NCBI GenBank assembly: GCA_965215195.1
Contig: CBDCDC010000002.1
Span: 3,072,001 to 3,136,000, forward strand
Length of the DNA stretch: 64,000 nt
Direction of reading: 5' to 3'
DNA from: Candidatus Latescibacterota bacterium
GTDB lineage: Bacteria > Latescibacterota > UBA2968 > UBA8231
The translations under genes were made by a program, and so were the position numbers. Below the pieces are notes generated by a model that was not told the origin of the DNA, searched no databases, and saw only the letters and a program-made list of their open reading frames with translations. Positions 10,188-19,242 of the stretch are shown in pieces. How positions within the stretch are numbered: position 1 is the stretch's first letter; each line of letters starts with the position of its first letter.

Positions 10188-11087
10188 CTACTTGTCAAAC
10201 GATGCTTTAATCAGCCCCCAACTGCTGCTCTCCACCGCCGTGGCCATGTCGTATTCGCCGATGGCCAGCAGGGTGTAGTCAGAGGCGAAGGTAGCATCCC
10301 AAGCCGCGCCGTTCTCAGCGGCTGTCGATAGCTGCACATCGCGGTTCTCGGTGTCGGCCTCGTTCAACTGATAGGTGAGACCAATCGTCTCTCCAGCGGT
10401 CAGGATGTGCCGGATACTGGCGGCCTCGCCTTCGAGCGAGAGCTCGTCGAAGAGCGGCATCGCGTACTCGTAGTTGACGACTACGTTTGGCGTCAGATTC
10501 GTGGCACCGGCCGGTTCCACGACGATATTGGCCTCCGCTAGGGCGTCAACCCAGTGCATCTCGGGCGGCGCTTGGTGGCGCAGCCACCACGTGCCGTTGC
10601 CGTACCCGGTGTCGTATCCGCCTGGCTCCGAAATGTGCATGGTGAACTGCTGACCGTTGGCGCTGTGGATGAGACCCTCGCCCTTCATTGGGCCGCCGCT
10701 GTTGTCGGCGTCGGGGATGATTTCGAGGTCATCGTCGAGCCAGCCGTTGTCCGCATCGGTCTGCGCTATATGCAGCGTATCATCGGTGACGCGGGCAAAA
10801 CCATAGAGGCGGTTGTCGCGGTCCGCACCTGTCCAGCCCGTCATGATGATGACGTCGATGTCCGCTTTGGAGGGAATCTCACCGGTGATGATCTCGATCA
10901 TGTCGTCGGGACCATAGGCAAAGGTCTGATCGAACCAAGCCCAGTCGTCACCATTGCCATCAATGGTCATGGTGGCACCGGCCGGAATCTCCAAGGCAAA
11001 GTAGCCGATGCCGTTGGCATTGCCGGCAAAGCTCGCGGATGCTCCCAGCAGCAGCACCGCAGCTAGGAGGACGGTTTTTCTCAACAT
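10188..11087 (-). CDS. Secreted CBM9/DOMON-like protein with C-terminal WGxxK motif
   Basis: Signal peptide; TIDGNGDDW start typical of CBM9-like domains; ends ATAVESSSWGLIKASFDK; AAGGAG RBS. Confidence 0.7.
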   Translation of the reverse strand: MLRKTVLLAAVLLLGASASFAGNANGIGYFALEIPAGATMTIDGNGDDWAWFDQTFAYGPDDMIEIITGEIPSKADIDVIIMTGWTGADRDNRLYGFARVTDDTLHIAQTDADNGWLDDDLEIIPDADNSGGPMKGEGLIHSANGQQFTMHISEPGGYDTGYGNGTWWLRHQAPPEMHWVDALAEANIVVEPAGATNLTPNVVVNYEYAMPLFDELSLEGEAASIRHILTAGETIGLTYQLNEADTENRDVQLSTAAENGAAWDATFASDYTLLAIGEYDMATAVESSSWGLIKASFDK

Positions 11088-11181
11088 ACTTCTTCTCCTT
11101 TGTTTCGCTATGGCAAATTATAGCGTAGGCGACCCAGCGCCGTCTCTCGGTGCTGAGCGAGTTGAAAGACATAAGGCCAGC

Positions 11182-11210
11182 AAGGTAGAACGCCAATCTA
11201 CTGTTGTCAA
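11182..11210 (-). promoter_or_regulatory. Sigma70-type promoter for the surface-protein operon
   Basis: TTGACA-17 nt-TACCTT on the minus strand. Confidence 0.6.
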
Positions 11211-11292
11211 GAAAAGAGTACTGTACCATTGCCGCGAAACAACCGACCGTGCAATGGCCTCTAACCACTGGCGGCAAGAATAGCGCAGATCC

Positions 11293-11320
11293 TTGCGACA
11301 GATGAGGATGTTACTATAAT
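11293..11320 (+). promoter_or_regulatory. Sigma70-type promoter for the PPIase gene
   Basis: TTGCGA-16 nt-TATAAT. Confidence 0.5.
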
Positions 11321-11407
11321 GTAATACCCTTTCTGAGATCATCGAACCCTCTCGAGCGGGCATTGCACCGGATTTCCGCTCATTGCGCCGCAACTGGAGC
11401 GAACCGC

Positions 11408-13111
11408 ATGCCACCCCGACTGCTTCTCCATTCCCTTCTGTTTGGCTGGACCGCCGTGATAAGCTGGGCAGAACCCCACGGCTCTCTTGTGCCCGACGCG
11501 ACCGTCGTCGCCCGGGTAGCAGACCAAGCGATTACCACGGACGACGTGGCCCGGACTCTCAAACGCCTCCTGCGATTGAGTCGCGACCAGCTATCTCCGA
11601 CGCAGGCTTTGCGTCCCCTGATTGACCGGAAGATCCTGTTCCTAGAAGCCGAAGTGCGGGGATTGGCCGCCGACTCGCTAGTCTTGGCACAACTCGCGGC
11701 CGCCGCGAACCAGCGCCTCGTCGATCGCCTGTATCTGCGGGAAGTGTCCCAATTGATCGCTGTGTCGGAAGCCGAAATCCGCGCGCAGTACCACGCCCTC
11801 GGCTTGGACCGCAAGAGAGAGGTCCGTGGCCGCCACATCGCCGTGGCCACCGAAGGAGAGGCTGTGCGGATGCTGGAGCAGTTGCGGAACGGCGCGGACT
11901 TTGCCGAACTAGCCCGGCAGTCCTCTCTCGACTCGGCCTCGGCTGCCAAGGGCGGAGATATGGGATTTTGGCAAGAGGAGGATGCCCAGCGCAGTGGATT
12001 CGTCAAGACTCTCTTCGCGCTCGACATCGGGGAGCTATCCGAGCCGTACCGAGACGCGCGGGGCGACTATCACCTGATCCAAGCCACTGAGGAGCAACTC
12101 GTCGGATTCGAGCGGCAGGCCGCAGGGATTCAGCGGTCCCTCGAGCGGCAGCAAAAGGACGCGCGTTGGCGCGCCTACCTCGATACACAAGCAGAGCGAT
12201 CTGAATTTGAAATCGACCAAAGTGCGCTCGATTTTCTGCTCCAACAGGGACGGCGTGCCGAGGACTTGGTCCCCACCGTAGTGCCGCAGGACGGGCAGAG
12301 GGTTCTATGCCGCTTCGACGGCGGCTCGATCGGACTGGCCGAATACGTGGAGATGCTCCGGGCCGTCCCCGCTCGCCGCCGCCCCTCGCCCGTCGATAGC
12401 GCGGACATCACCCATTTCGTCCGGACCGAGGCACTTATAACCCACATCCTCCCACAGGTCGCCAGAGAACGGGGCTGGCTGGAGGAGCCGCAGATGCGTC
12501 GGGCCCTAGCGCAGAAGCTCGAGGAACTGCTGGTGGACCGCCTTCGTCGCGTCGAGGTGGAGGAGCCCTTCCTCGGCGAGCCCTTGCTCCGTTCCTACTA
12601 CGACGAGCACCAAGATGAGTTTCGAGTTGCAGCGCGTGCCGTCGTCGAAGGTGGCATCCTGTCCTCGCGCCAGCAGGCAACGGCCGTCGCCGCACGAGCA
12701 AAAGCCGGCGCAGATCTCTTCGAGATCATGGCCGACTACCCCCTGTTTCTGGGAGAGTTCCGCAAGTACGACGTGTTCACCATCGCCCCCGGCGACGCGA
12801 CAGACGCTCAGAATCCTATGGTCGAGGCGGCAGGCGGAATGGTACTAGGAGAGATCCGCGGCCCGGTGGCGATCCGCTTTGCAAATAATCAGATAGGCTT
12901 TGTCGTTCTCAAGCTGCTGGAGATGCGACCGTCCCATATCCTTCCTTTCACCGCGTCCAAGGTCCAGCAGACGGTGCGCCGCAAAATCAGAGCCGAGCGC
13001 TACCGAGAAATCGAGCTGGCATTCGAACGGTACATGGAGGCACTCCGCCAGCAATACGCCCCCCAGACAGTGATTTACCAGCACGTGCTGGATGCCCTGC
13101 CGACGGGCTAG
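11408..13111 (+). CDS. Parvulin/PpiC-type peptidyl-prolyl isomerase (SurA/PrsA-like foldase)
   Basis: RHIAV...GADFAELARQSSLD...KGGDMGF rotamase motif; signal peptide from ATG 11408. Confidence 0.85.
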   Translation: MPPRLLLHSLLFGWTAVISWAEPHGSLVPDATVVARVADQAITTDDVARTLKRLLRLSRDQLSPTQALRPLIDRKILFLEAEVRGLAADSLVLAQLAAAANQRLVDRLYLREVSQLIAVSEAEIRAQYHALGLDRKREVRGRHIAVATEGEAVRMLEQLRNGADFAELARQSSLDSASAAKGGDMGFWQEEDAQRSGFVKTLFALDIGELSEPYRDARGDYHLIQATEEQLVGFERQAAGIQRSLERQQKDARWRAYLDTQAERSEFEIDQSALDFLLQQGRRAEDLVPTVVPQDGQRVLCRFDGGSIGLAEYVEMLRAVPARRRPSPVDSADITHFVRTEALITHILPQVARERGWLEEPQMRRALAQKLEELLVDRLRRVEVEEPFLGEPLLRSYYDEHQDEFRVAARAVVEGGILSSRQQATAVAARAKAGADLFEIMADYPLFLGEFRKYDVFTIAPGDATDAQNPMVEAAGGMVLGEIRGPVAIRFANNQIGFVVLKLLEMRPSHILPFTASKVQQTVRRKIRAERYREIELAFERYMEALRQQYAPQTVIYQHVLDALPTG

Positions 13112-13201
13112 ATATCCTTATTATGCCTTGGCCCGCAACGGCGGTCGCGGACGAACTCAATTCATCGCCGATTGCCTAGTGGATGAAGACGAGAGGTAAA
13201 C

Positions 13202-14788
13202 GTGAAAGCCGAGAGCACAAGCCCGACACATTCCCGGATGTACCTAGTCTTTCTCGTGGCAACCGCCTTCTGCTGCGGTTCGCTGATCATGGTGATCGAG
13301 GTTCTGGGCTCGCGGGTCATCGGTCCCTTCTTCGGCGTCAGTCTATTTGTCTGGACGTCGCTGATTGCGGTCGCCATGATCTCCTTGGCCGCCGGCTACG
13401 CGGCAGGTGGGATCTTCGCCGACCGGCATTCCGACGCCCGGTTTCTCTACGGCATCATCTTTTTGGCCGGCCTTTTGATCCTCCCCATTCCCTTCGTCAA
13501 GGTTCCCGTTCTCAAGCTGGGCGTGGCGCTCGGCCTGCGGGCGGGTGCGTTTTTTAGCACCCTGGTTCTGTTTGGACCATCCCTGTTCCTGCTCGGCTGC
13601 GTATCCCCTTTCCTGATCAAAATTGTGGCTAGGGAAGTCTCAAACATTGGACGGACGGTGGGTGCCTTCTATGCCGTATCGACCATTGGCAGCGTCTGTG
13701 GCACCGTGCTCACCGGCTTCGTCCTCATCGCCCACATGCAGGTCAGCCACATCTTCCTCTTGGTGGGCTGCCTGCTGATTCTGCTGGCCGGATGTTACTT
13801 CCTCTTCTTTCGGCGCGCTGCTTGGGGCGCGGCCGCGGTTTTCTTCTTGGCGCTATTCTGGTCGTACGACGAGAGCAATGCGGCGGTCCGAAGGCTGCCG
13901 AACGGTGCCCGCATTGAGCTATTGGCACACCAAGATAGCTACTACGGCGACGTGAAGGTCGTGCAGTATGCGTTCGGGAATAAGCGCAATCGCGAACTGA
14001 TCATCGACGGGTTGGTGCAGGGCGGGATTGATATGAGTACCGGTCTCTCCTACTATCCCTACAGCTATTGCCTCCAGAGCCTGCCGTTTCACATCAACCC
14101 GCGGGGGCGGCGTTGCCTCGTTATCGGTCTGGGTGCTGGCATCATTCCCCGCTGGTACGAACGGCGAGGCGTCACAACCGATGTCGTCGACATTGATCCC
14201 GTTGTGGTGAGGTTGGCTAGGGAGTACTTCGACTTCGACATAGCGGGCGAGATATACATTGAGGACGCGCGCTATTTTCTGACGCGCAATGAGACCCAGT
14301 ACGATTTCATCCTCCTCGATGTCTTTAATGGCGACACGACCCCCTCGCACGTGATCAGTCTCGAAGCCTTTGAGTTGATCGGCCGAAATCTCAGCGACGA
14401 TGGCGTACTCGGCATCAATCTGGTGGCGACGTTGAAGGGGAAAACCCTGATTACTGCCTCAATTGTGAAGACCCTCCGGCAGGTATTCGACCAAGTTGAG
14501 CTGATCCTTACCTTCGACCCGGACGAAAGCGAGTGGGGAAACGTCGTGGTGTTGGCTTACTTTGGCGACGGGGTGGCCTTTCCAGCGGACCCATTCGCTG
14601 GCGAGACGATCCACCCTTTTGCCAAAAAAAAGATCGCTACCTTTAGGCCGTTTTCCTTCGACGAGGGGGTGCCGGCCATCATTCTGCGCGACGACTACAA
14701 TCCGATGGACAGCTACGATCTGGAACTGAAGGAAGCCAATCGGCGCGACATTCTGCAGACCACGGACTGGGAGATTTTGGCGCGTTGA
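13202..14788 (+). CDS. Fused MFS/spermidine synthase family protein
   Basis: N-terminal TM helices (EVLGSRVIGPFFG) plus SAM-binding LVIGLGAG, VDIDP, DAR and DFILLDVF. Confidence 0.9.
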   Translation: MKAESTSPTHSRMYLVFLVATAFCCGSLIMVIEVLGSRVIGPFFGVSLFVWTSLIAVAMISLAAGYAAGGIFADRHSDARFLYGIIFLAGLLILPIPFVKVPVLKLGVALGLRAGAFFSTLVLFGPSLFLLGCVSPFLIKIVAREVSNIGRTVGAFYAVSTIGSVCGTVLTGFVLIAHMQVSHIFLLVGCLLILLAGCYFLFFRRAAWGAAAVFFLALFWSYDESNAAVRRLPNGARIELLAHQDSYYGDVKVVQYAFGNKRNRELIIDGLVQGGIDMSTGLSYYPYSYCLQSLPFHINPRGRRCLVIGLGAGIIPRWYERRGVTTDVVDIDPVVVRLAREYFDFDIAGEIYIEDARYFLTRNETQYDFILLDVFNGDTTPSHVISLEAFELIGRNLSDDGVLGINLVATLKGKTLITASIVKTLRQVFDQVELILTFDPDESEWGNVVVLAYFGDGVAFPADPFAGETIHPFAKKKIATFRPFSFDEGVPAIILRDDYNPMDSYDLELKEANRRDILQTTDWEILAR

Positions 14789-14899
14789 GTTGGGCACAGC
14801 AGACAGGTTCTTATGCCGCTTTGCCGAACTCGCAGCTCGCCCGCGCACGATGGAGGGCAAGGTGCCCTCGCACCGAGGCGTAACTAAACCGTATTGGGC

Positions 14900-15913
14900 T
14901 TAAAGCCCCAAGTACAGATCCCGTCCCTTGGCCAGTGCTGCGATCTTGTGGTCGGCGATGGAGCGTTTGAGCATCCAAAAGCCGCAGTCTGGGTGGATGA
15001 AGCGGATGCGGTCGGGTCCGGCCGCGGCGACAGCGGCTTCTATGCGGCGGGCGATCTCTTCGGCTGTCTCGATGTGGTTGACCTTGATGTCGATCACGCC
15101 GAGGCCGAGGCCGATGCGCGGGTCGATGTGTTGCAGGGCACTCAGGTCGCTCGCCGGGCGGTGGGCGAGTTCGAGCACCAAGTGATCGGCGCGCAGCTCG
15201 TTGAGAAAGCCGAGCAGGGTGCGCCACTCGCCCTGCTGAATGGTCTGGCCTCCGTAGTTGCCAAAGCAGAAGTGGACGGCCTTTTGGGTGCCCGCGTTGA
15301 TGCTGTCGAGTACGGCGTTGATGGCACAGGCCGCGAGGGGGCCATCGGCCGGGTTGCCGGGTATGTTGGCCTCGTCGATTTGGATGCAGGCGCAGGGCAG
15401 GCCGCGGACTTGGTCGGCGAGGACGTGGGCAACGGCCATCAAGAGCGCAGCAAAGTCGCCGTAGTGGTGGTCGAGGAGGGTGCGGGCCAGCATGTAGGGG
15501 CTGGTCAGGGTGAACTTGAAGGGGCCACCAGCCACGGCCGCGGCGCGGGCGCAGTCGGCGAGCAGGTTGAGGCTGCCCGCGCCGAGTTCGGCTTCCACCA
15601 CGGCTGCGGGCTTGGCGCGGAAGCCCATGCTGTGTTTGGCGGCAAACTCCTCGGCCTCGCGCCGGCCACATTCTGCGCGAGTGCCGCCCATGGGCCGGAC
15701 GAAGTACTCGATCATGCCGTTGGTGTCCGGGTGGTTGACGTCGAAGCGGTATAGCTCGCCGTCGGTGGGCAGGTCAATGCCGGCTTGGCGCTGGGTGTCG
15801 AACACTACGCGGGTGGCATCGACGAGGGCCTGCTCGGAGGGCAGGGCTTGGAGCCAGTCTGGGACGGGATAGGAGCCGACGGTCGTGGTTTGGATGGCAG
15901 GTGTGCTGGACAT
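14900..15913 (-). CDS. Cobalamin-independent methionine synthase II family protein (MetE C-terminal-like)
   Basis: TTTVGSYP, TDGE, IQIDE; Zn-ligand motifs HFC and PDCG. Confidence 0.9.
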   Translation of the reverse strand: MSSTPAIQTTTVGSYPVPDWLQALPSEQALVDATRVVFDTQRQAGIDLPTDGELYRFDVNHPDTNGMIEYFVRPMGGTRAECGRREAEEFAAKHSMGFRAKPAAVVEAELGAGSLNLLADCARAAAVAGGPFKFTLTSPYMLARTLLDHHYGDFAALLMAVAHVLADQVRGLPCACIQIDEANIPGNPADGPLAACAINAVLDSINAGTQKAVHFCFGNYGGQTIQQGEWRTLLGFLNELRADHLVLELAHRPASDLSALQHIDPRIGLGLGVIDIKVNHIETAEEIARRIEAAVAAAGPDRIRFIHPDCGFWMLKRSIADHKIAALAKGRDLYLGL

Positions 15914-15914
15914 G
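15855..15914. repeat. 60-bp direct repeat, copy 1 (5' end of MetE-like gene)
   Basis: 57/60 identical to 18061-18120. Confidence 0.9.
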
Positions 15915-15984
15915 GTTGGCTACGATAAGTGCTCGGCGGCGGCAGCGCAACAGGTCCTAGCGCCGCCGAGTCGGAGGCCGATAT

Positions 15985-17562
15985 TCACATACGCTCAACC
16001 TCGAAAGCCGCTAAGGTGCGGGTCTCCCGACTGAACTCCACCCCAATCAGGTAAATCGCCGCGCCGCGCCCGCGATACTTGGCCGCGTAGTCCCTCTCCT
16101 TCAACTGCCCAATCGCCGCCCCCGCCGATGCTCGTTCCACTACCTTGAACTCGAACAGGTACACATTCCCATTGAACAGGAGCGCCATGTCCAAGCGACC
16201 CTCCCGGCTGCTGTCCTCCACCGTGATCGCCAGCCCCAGCGACGCAAAGTAGGAATAGAACACGCTGGCGTAATAGCCCTCGTAGCTCGCAATCTCATTA
16301 TTCGTATGCCACTGGTAGGGAATGCTGGCAAAGAACGCCTCGAACAGCGTTTCCAAGCTGTCGAAGTCATTGACCAGCAGCAGGTCGTACAACCGGGCGC
16401 TGTGCTCGGCGCGGCGAGCGAGGTTGCCCGTCAGGTGGTTCAGCAAGCTCTTGTTCAGGCTCTGCCGCACCTCCCGGTTGGGGTAGCCCAGCCGATAGTA
16501 TGTCTCCCCGCCGCGCAATTCAGTGCGGCGAATGGTCAGGTAGCCGGTCTGGAACAGCAGGGCCTCGGTCGCGATGTGATCCACGTCAAACGCCGACAGC
16601 AGCGCGTCGCTGCCGAGCATGTCGTCCAAGGATAGGGAACTGACCCCGCGCGCCAACAACATCTCGAGCAGAAACGTCGGCGTACCCGTCTCAAACCAGT
16701 AGGCCCCGAACTGACGGTTGAAGAACAGCAGCAACACGTCGAAGGGGTTGTACACGGCTTGGTCGCCCAGCCAGTTGTAGCCGTTGTACCAATCGCGGAT
16801 GGCGTCCCGGTCCAAGCCGGGCAACTCCGGGGCGAACACCGCGTCCAAGTCCGCCTCGGTGTAGCCGCAGACGGCCGAGTAGCGCGGGTTTAGGGTGATG
16901 TCGATGAGGTTGTTGAGACCGGAGAACAGGCTGACTTTGGAGAACTTGCTCACCCCGGTGAGGAAGCTGAACGCGATGTGCGCGTCGCTGTCCTTGATCG
17001 TCGCGTACAACCCGCGCAAGTAGTCGCGGTTAGCCCGAGCCACCTCCGGCACCTCTAGCGCGTCGAGAATGGGCTTGTCGTACTCGTCAATCAGCACCGC
17101 CACTGGCTGGCCGGCCTCGTCGTGCAGTACCTCTAGCAAGCGGGCGAACCACCCCGGTGCCGTGGCGGACTCGGCAACCACTCCTGCCCAGCGTTCAATG
17201 GCGGTTAGTTGCTCCATCAAGTTCTCGTGCAGAAAGCCCGGCTCCTTGAAGTTGCCGCTGCCAAAGCTCAGCCGCAACACCGGATGGCGCACCGACCAAT
17301 CCCACTGGTCGTGAATGGCTAGTCCCTTAAACAAAGGCTCGTTGCCCGCGAACAGTTCCTTGAGCGTGTCGAGAAACAGGCTCTTGCCAAACCGACGCGG
17401 GCGCGACAGGAAGTAATGCGTACCCTCGGCGGCCAGCCGCGCCATGTAAGCGGTTTTATCGACGTAGTAGCAATTCTCTTCCCGAATCGTGCGAAAGGTC
17501 TGAATGCCGATGGGCAGTTTGCGCTTGGCCGTCCGGGACGAATCGGGTTCCATCTTTAGCAT
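15985..17562 (-). CDS. AAA-ATPase-like domain plus C-terminal PD-(D/E)XK nuclease (PDDEXK_9-type)
   Basis: KLPIGIQTF, YYVDKT, LSRPRRFGKS, LIDEYDKP; C-terminal GRLDM...FEFK. Confidence 0.9.
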   Translation of the reverse strand: MLKMEPDSSRTAKRKLPIGIQTFRTIREENCYYVDKTAYMARLAAEGTHYFLSRPRRFGKSLFLDTLKELFAGNEPLFKGLAIHDQWDWSVRHPVLRLSFGSGNFKEPGFLHENLMEQLTAIERWAGVVAESATAPGWFARLLEVLHDEAGQPVAVLIDEYDKPILDALEVPEVARANRDYLRGLYATIKDSDAHIAFSFLTGVSKFSKVSLFSGLNNLIDITLNPRYSAVCGYTEADLDAVFAPELPGLDRDAIRDWYNGYNWLGDQAVYNPFDVLLLFFNRQFGAYWFETGTPTFLLEMLLARGVSSLSLDDMLGSDALLSAFDVDHIATEALLFQTGYLTIRRTELRGGETYYRLGYPNREVRQSLNKSLLNHLTGNLARRAEHSARLYDLLLVNDFDSLETLFEAFFASIPYQWHTNNEIASYEGYYASVFYSYFASLGLAITVEDSSREGRLDMALLFNGNVYLFEFKVVERASAGAAIGQLKERDYAAKYRGRGAAIYLIGVEFSRETRTLAAFEVERM

Positions 17563-17781
17563 CGGTCGTACTCCACATCCCGGCCAACTGAAGTATAGGG
17601 CCTACAGCCGACAAGATAGGCGACAGGGCCAGCCCGTGCAAAGAAATGCGCTGCGCTTCGTTGATGCTCGGCGGCAGCGCGACAGGCACTAGCGCACCAA
17701 GCCGGAAGGCAGGGGTCTTGCCGCTCAAAGGCTGCAGGCTGAACACTTTGATTGTGCATCATTTGTGCATATATCGAAGGA

Positions 17782-18010
17782 ATGGGGTATCAGTGGGACG
17801 TCGCCAAAGCCCGATCCAATCTGCGAAAACACGGAATCGACTTTGCCGATGCTGTCGGGGTCTTTGAAGATGAATGGGCCTTTACCTGCAAAGAGGAGGA
17901 GGTTAAAGGAGAATATCGCTTTGCGACCTTGGGTATGGAACGGACTCGGATGGCTGCTGTTAGCCGCCGGATCCTTCGTACAGACTGCGATCACAGGCCC
18001 ACTGTCTTAA
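17782..18010 (+). pseudogene. BrnT-family toxin, frameshifted/degenerate
   Basis: WDVAKARSNLRKHGIDFADAVGVFED...RFATLGM. The BrnT-like continuation GLGWLL lies in another frame near 17940. No BrnA antitoxin follows. Confidence 0.7.
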
Positions 18011-18060
18011 GAATATTCGCAGATGATCAACTCGTGATTCAAGACTTCCAATGCGGTGCT

Positions 18061-18120
18061 CAGTCTGGGGCGGGATAGGAGCCGACGGTCGTGGTCTGGA
18101 TGGCAGGTGTACTGGACATG
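18061..18120. repeat. 60-bp direct repeat, copy 2 (orphan 5' fragment of MetE-like gene)
   Basis: Minus strand encodes MSSTPAIQTTTVGSYPAPD followed by a stop. Confidence 0.9.
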
Positions 18121-18155
18121 ATCTAAGGATTCCTTGCGTTGTTGATCTCACGGCC

Positions 18156-18743
18156 CTAGAACAATCCTCCCAAAGTGAAGCTTAGGGCCTTCCAAGAATC
18201 TCCTTCCACTTGCCGCAAGCTGCCGTTGACTTGGAAGGTCAAGCGGGTACCACTGGTAATTGGCTGAGACCAACCTGCACCCACTAATCCGCCCAATCCC
18301 CACTCGCTTGTCTCGTCGACAATATCGTCATCTGAGGTGACACCCATAAGAGCAGGTCCAATGTCGGAGCGAATGAAAAAGCCCTGTCCGATATGTCGTT
18401 GTGGAAAGTATTGAAGACTTAATCCATACGTTACGCCGATTATATTAAGGCCTTCTGAATCTACTTCGATCCGATCATTGAAGCTGTTTATCACGCCGCC
18501 CAAGAGATACCGATCTTGGATCGGCCAGTAAAATCCAAGGAGATCCATGGAAATAGCAACCCTTGAGACGCCGGGAAAATCCTCAAGAAGATCAAGGAGA
18601 TCTGCTAATTCTTCAGGATGAGATACACTGACTGCACCTATGCCCCAATAGGTGTACCAGCTTTCCAGCTTTGATTCAGTACTCTCAGATTGAGCTGCTA
18701 CAAAAAACAGCAGCAATAACGCTGCAAAAATCATTCTGTTCAT
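18156..18743 (-). CDS. Small outer-membrane beta-barrel-like hypothetical protein
   Basis: Signal peptide, amphipathic strands, terminal Phe; AAGGAAAG RBS; lower GC than flanks. Confidence 0.7.
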   Translation of the reverse strand: MNRMIFAALLLLFFVAAQSESTESKLESWYTYWGIGAVSVSHPEELADLLDLLEDFPGVSRVAISMDLLGFYWPIQDRYLLGGVINSFNDRIEVDSEGLNIIGVTYGLSLQYFPQRHIGQGFFIRSDIGPALMGVTSDDDIVDETSEWGLGGLVGAGWSQPITSGTRLTFQVNGSLRQVEGDSWKALSFTLGGLF

Positions 18744-19020
18744 AATATTCTTTCCTTAATGGTTTGAATGGATTTGGATCAAAGCCCTTGGTCAACATCG
18801 AGGAAAATTCCCTTATGTACCTTGGCAAAGAAGTCGGTGTCGTGCTCCGCAGACTCGATCTGCTTGACCTCTTTAACACGACCTTGCCTACCTCGCAGAT
18901 CGGGACGAGGAACGGGTAGAATCACGCCTGAAAATAGAGCCATGTTCCCATTTATAAGCAAATATAACACTCAGAGGCTTCTGTTTTGTTAAAAAAGCTG
19001 ACTTGATCAGAGGTTCCTTT

Positions 19021-19049
19021 AGTTTACGTACGAACATTCCCTGTGTCAA
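19021..19049 (-). promoter_or_regulatory. Sigma70-type promoter (leftward)
   Basis: TTGACA-17 nt-TAAACT on the minus strand. Confidence 0.55.
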
Positions 19050-19171
19050 AACATGTTGATTTTGAGCTTGGCAATCAACTGGAAATAGGCCCTCCGCCCT
19101 GTGCGGCGGCGTCCCAAGACTCGCGTAAAAATTCAAATTGACCCACTACCAGAACCAGACTGTGCGACACC

Positions 19172-19201
19172 TTGACATCATACACGTATGTTCAGTATAT
19201 T
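19172..19201 (+). promoter_or_regulatory. Sigma70-type promoter of the NTase-uvrA operon
   Basis: TTGACA-18 nt-TATATT, about 40 nt before ATG 19243; the spacer contains the palindrome CATAC-AC-GTATG. Confidence 0.6.
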
Positions 19202-19242
19202 TTGTGCCGCTCGCACGTTAAATCTCCTCGTCAGGAACTGCC

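Noticed and set aside
18760-19140. Short ORFs in the AT-rich intergenic region
   Set aside because: No RBS or motif support; the region contains promoter elements instead.
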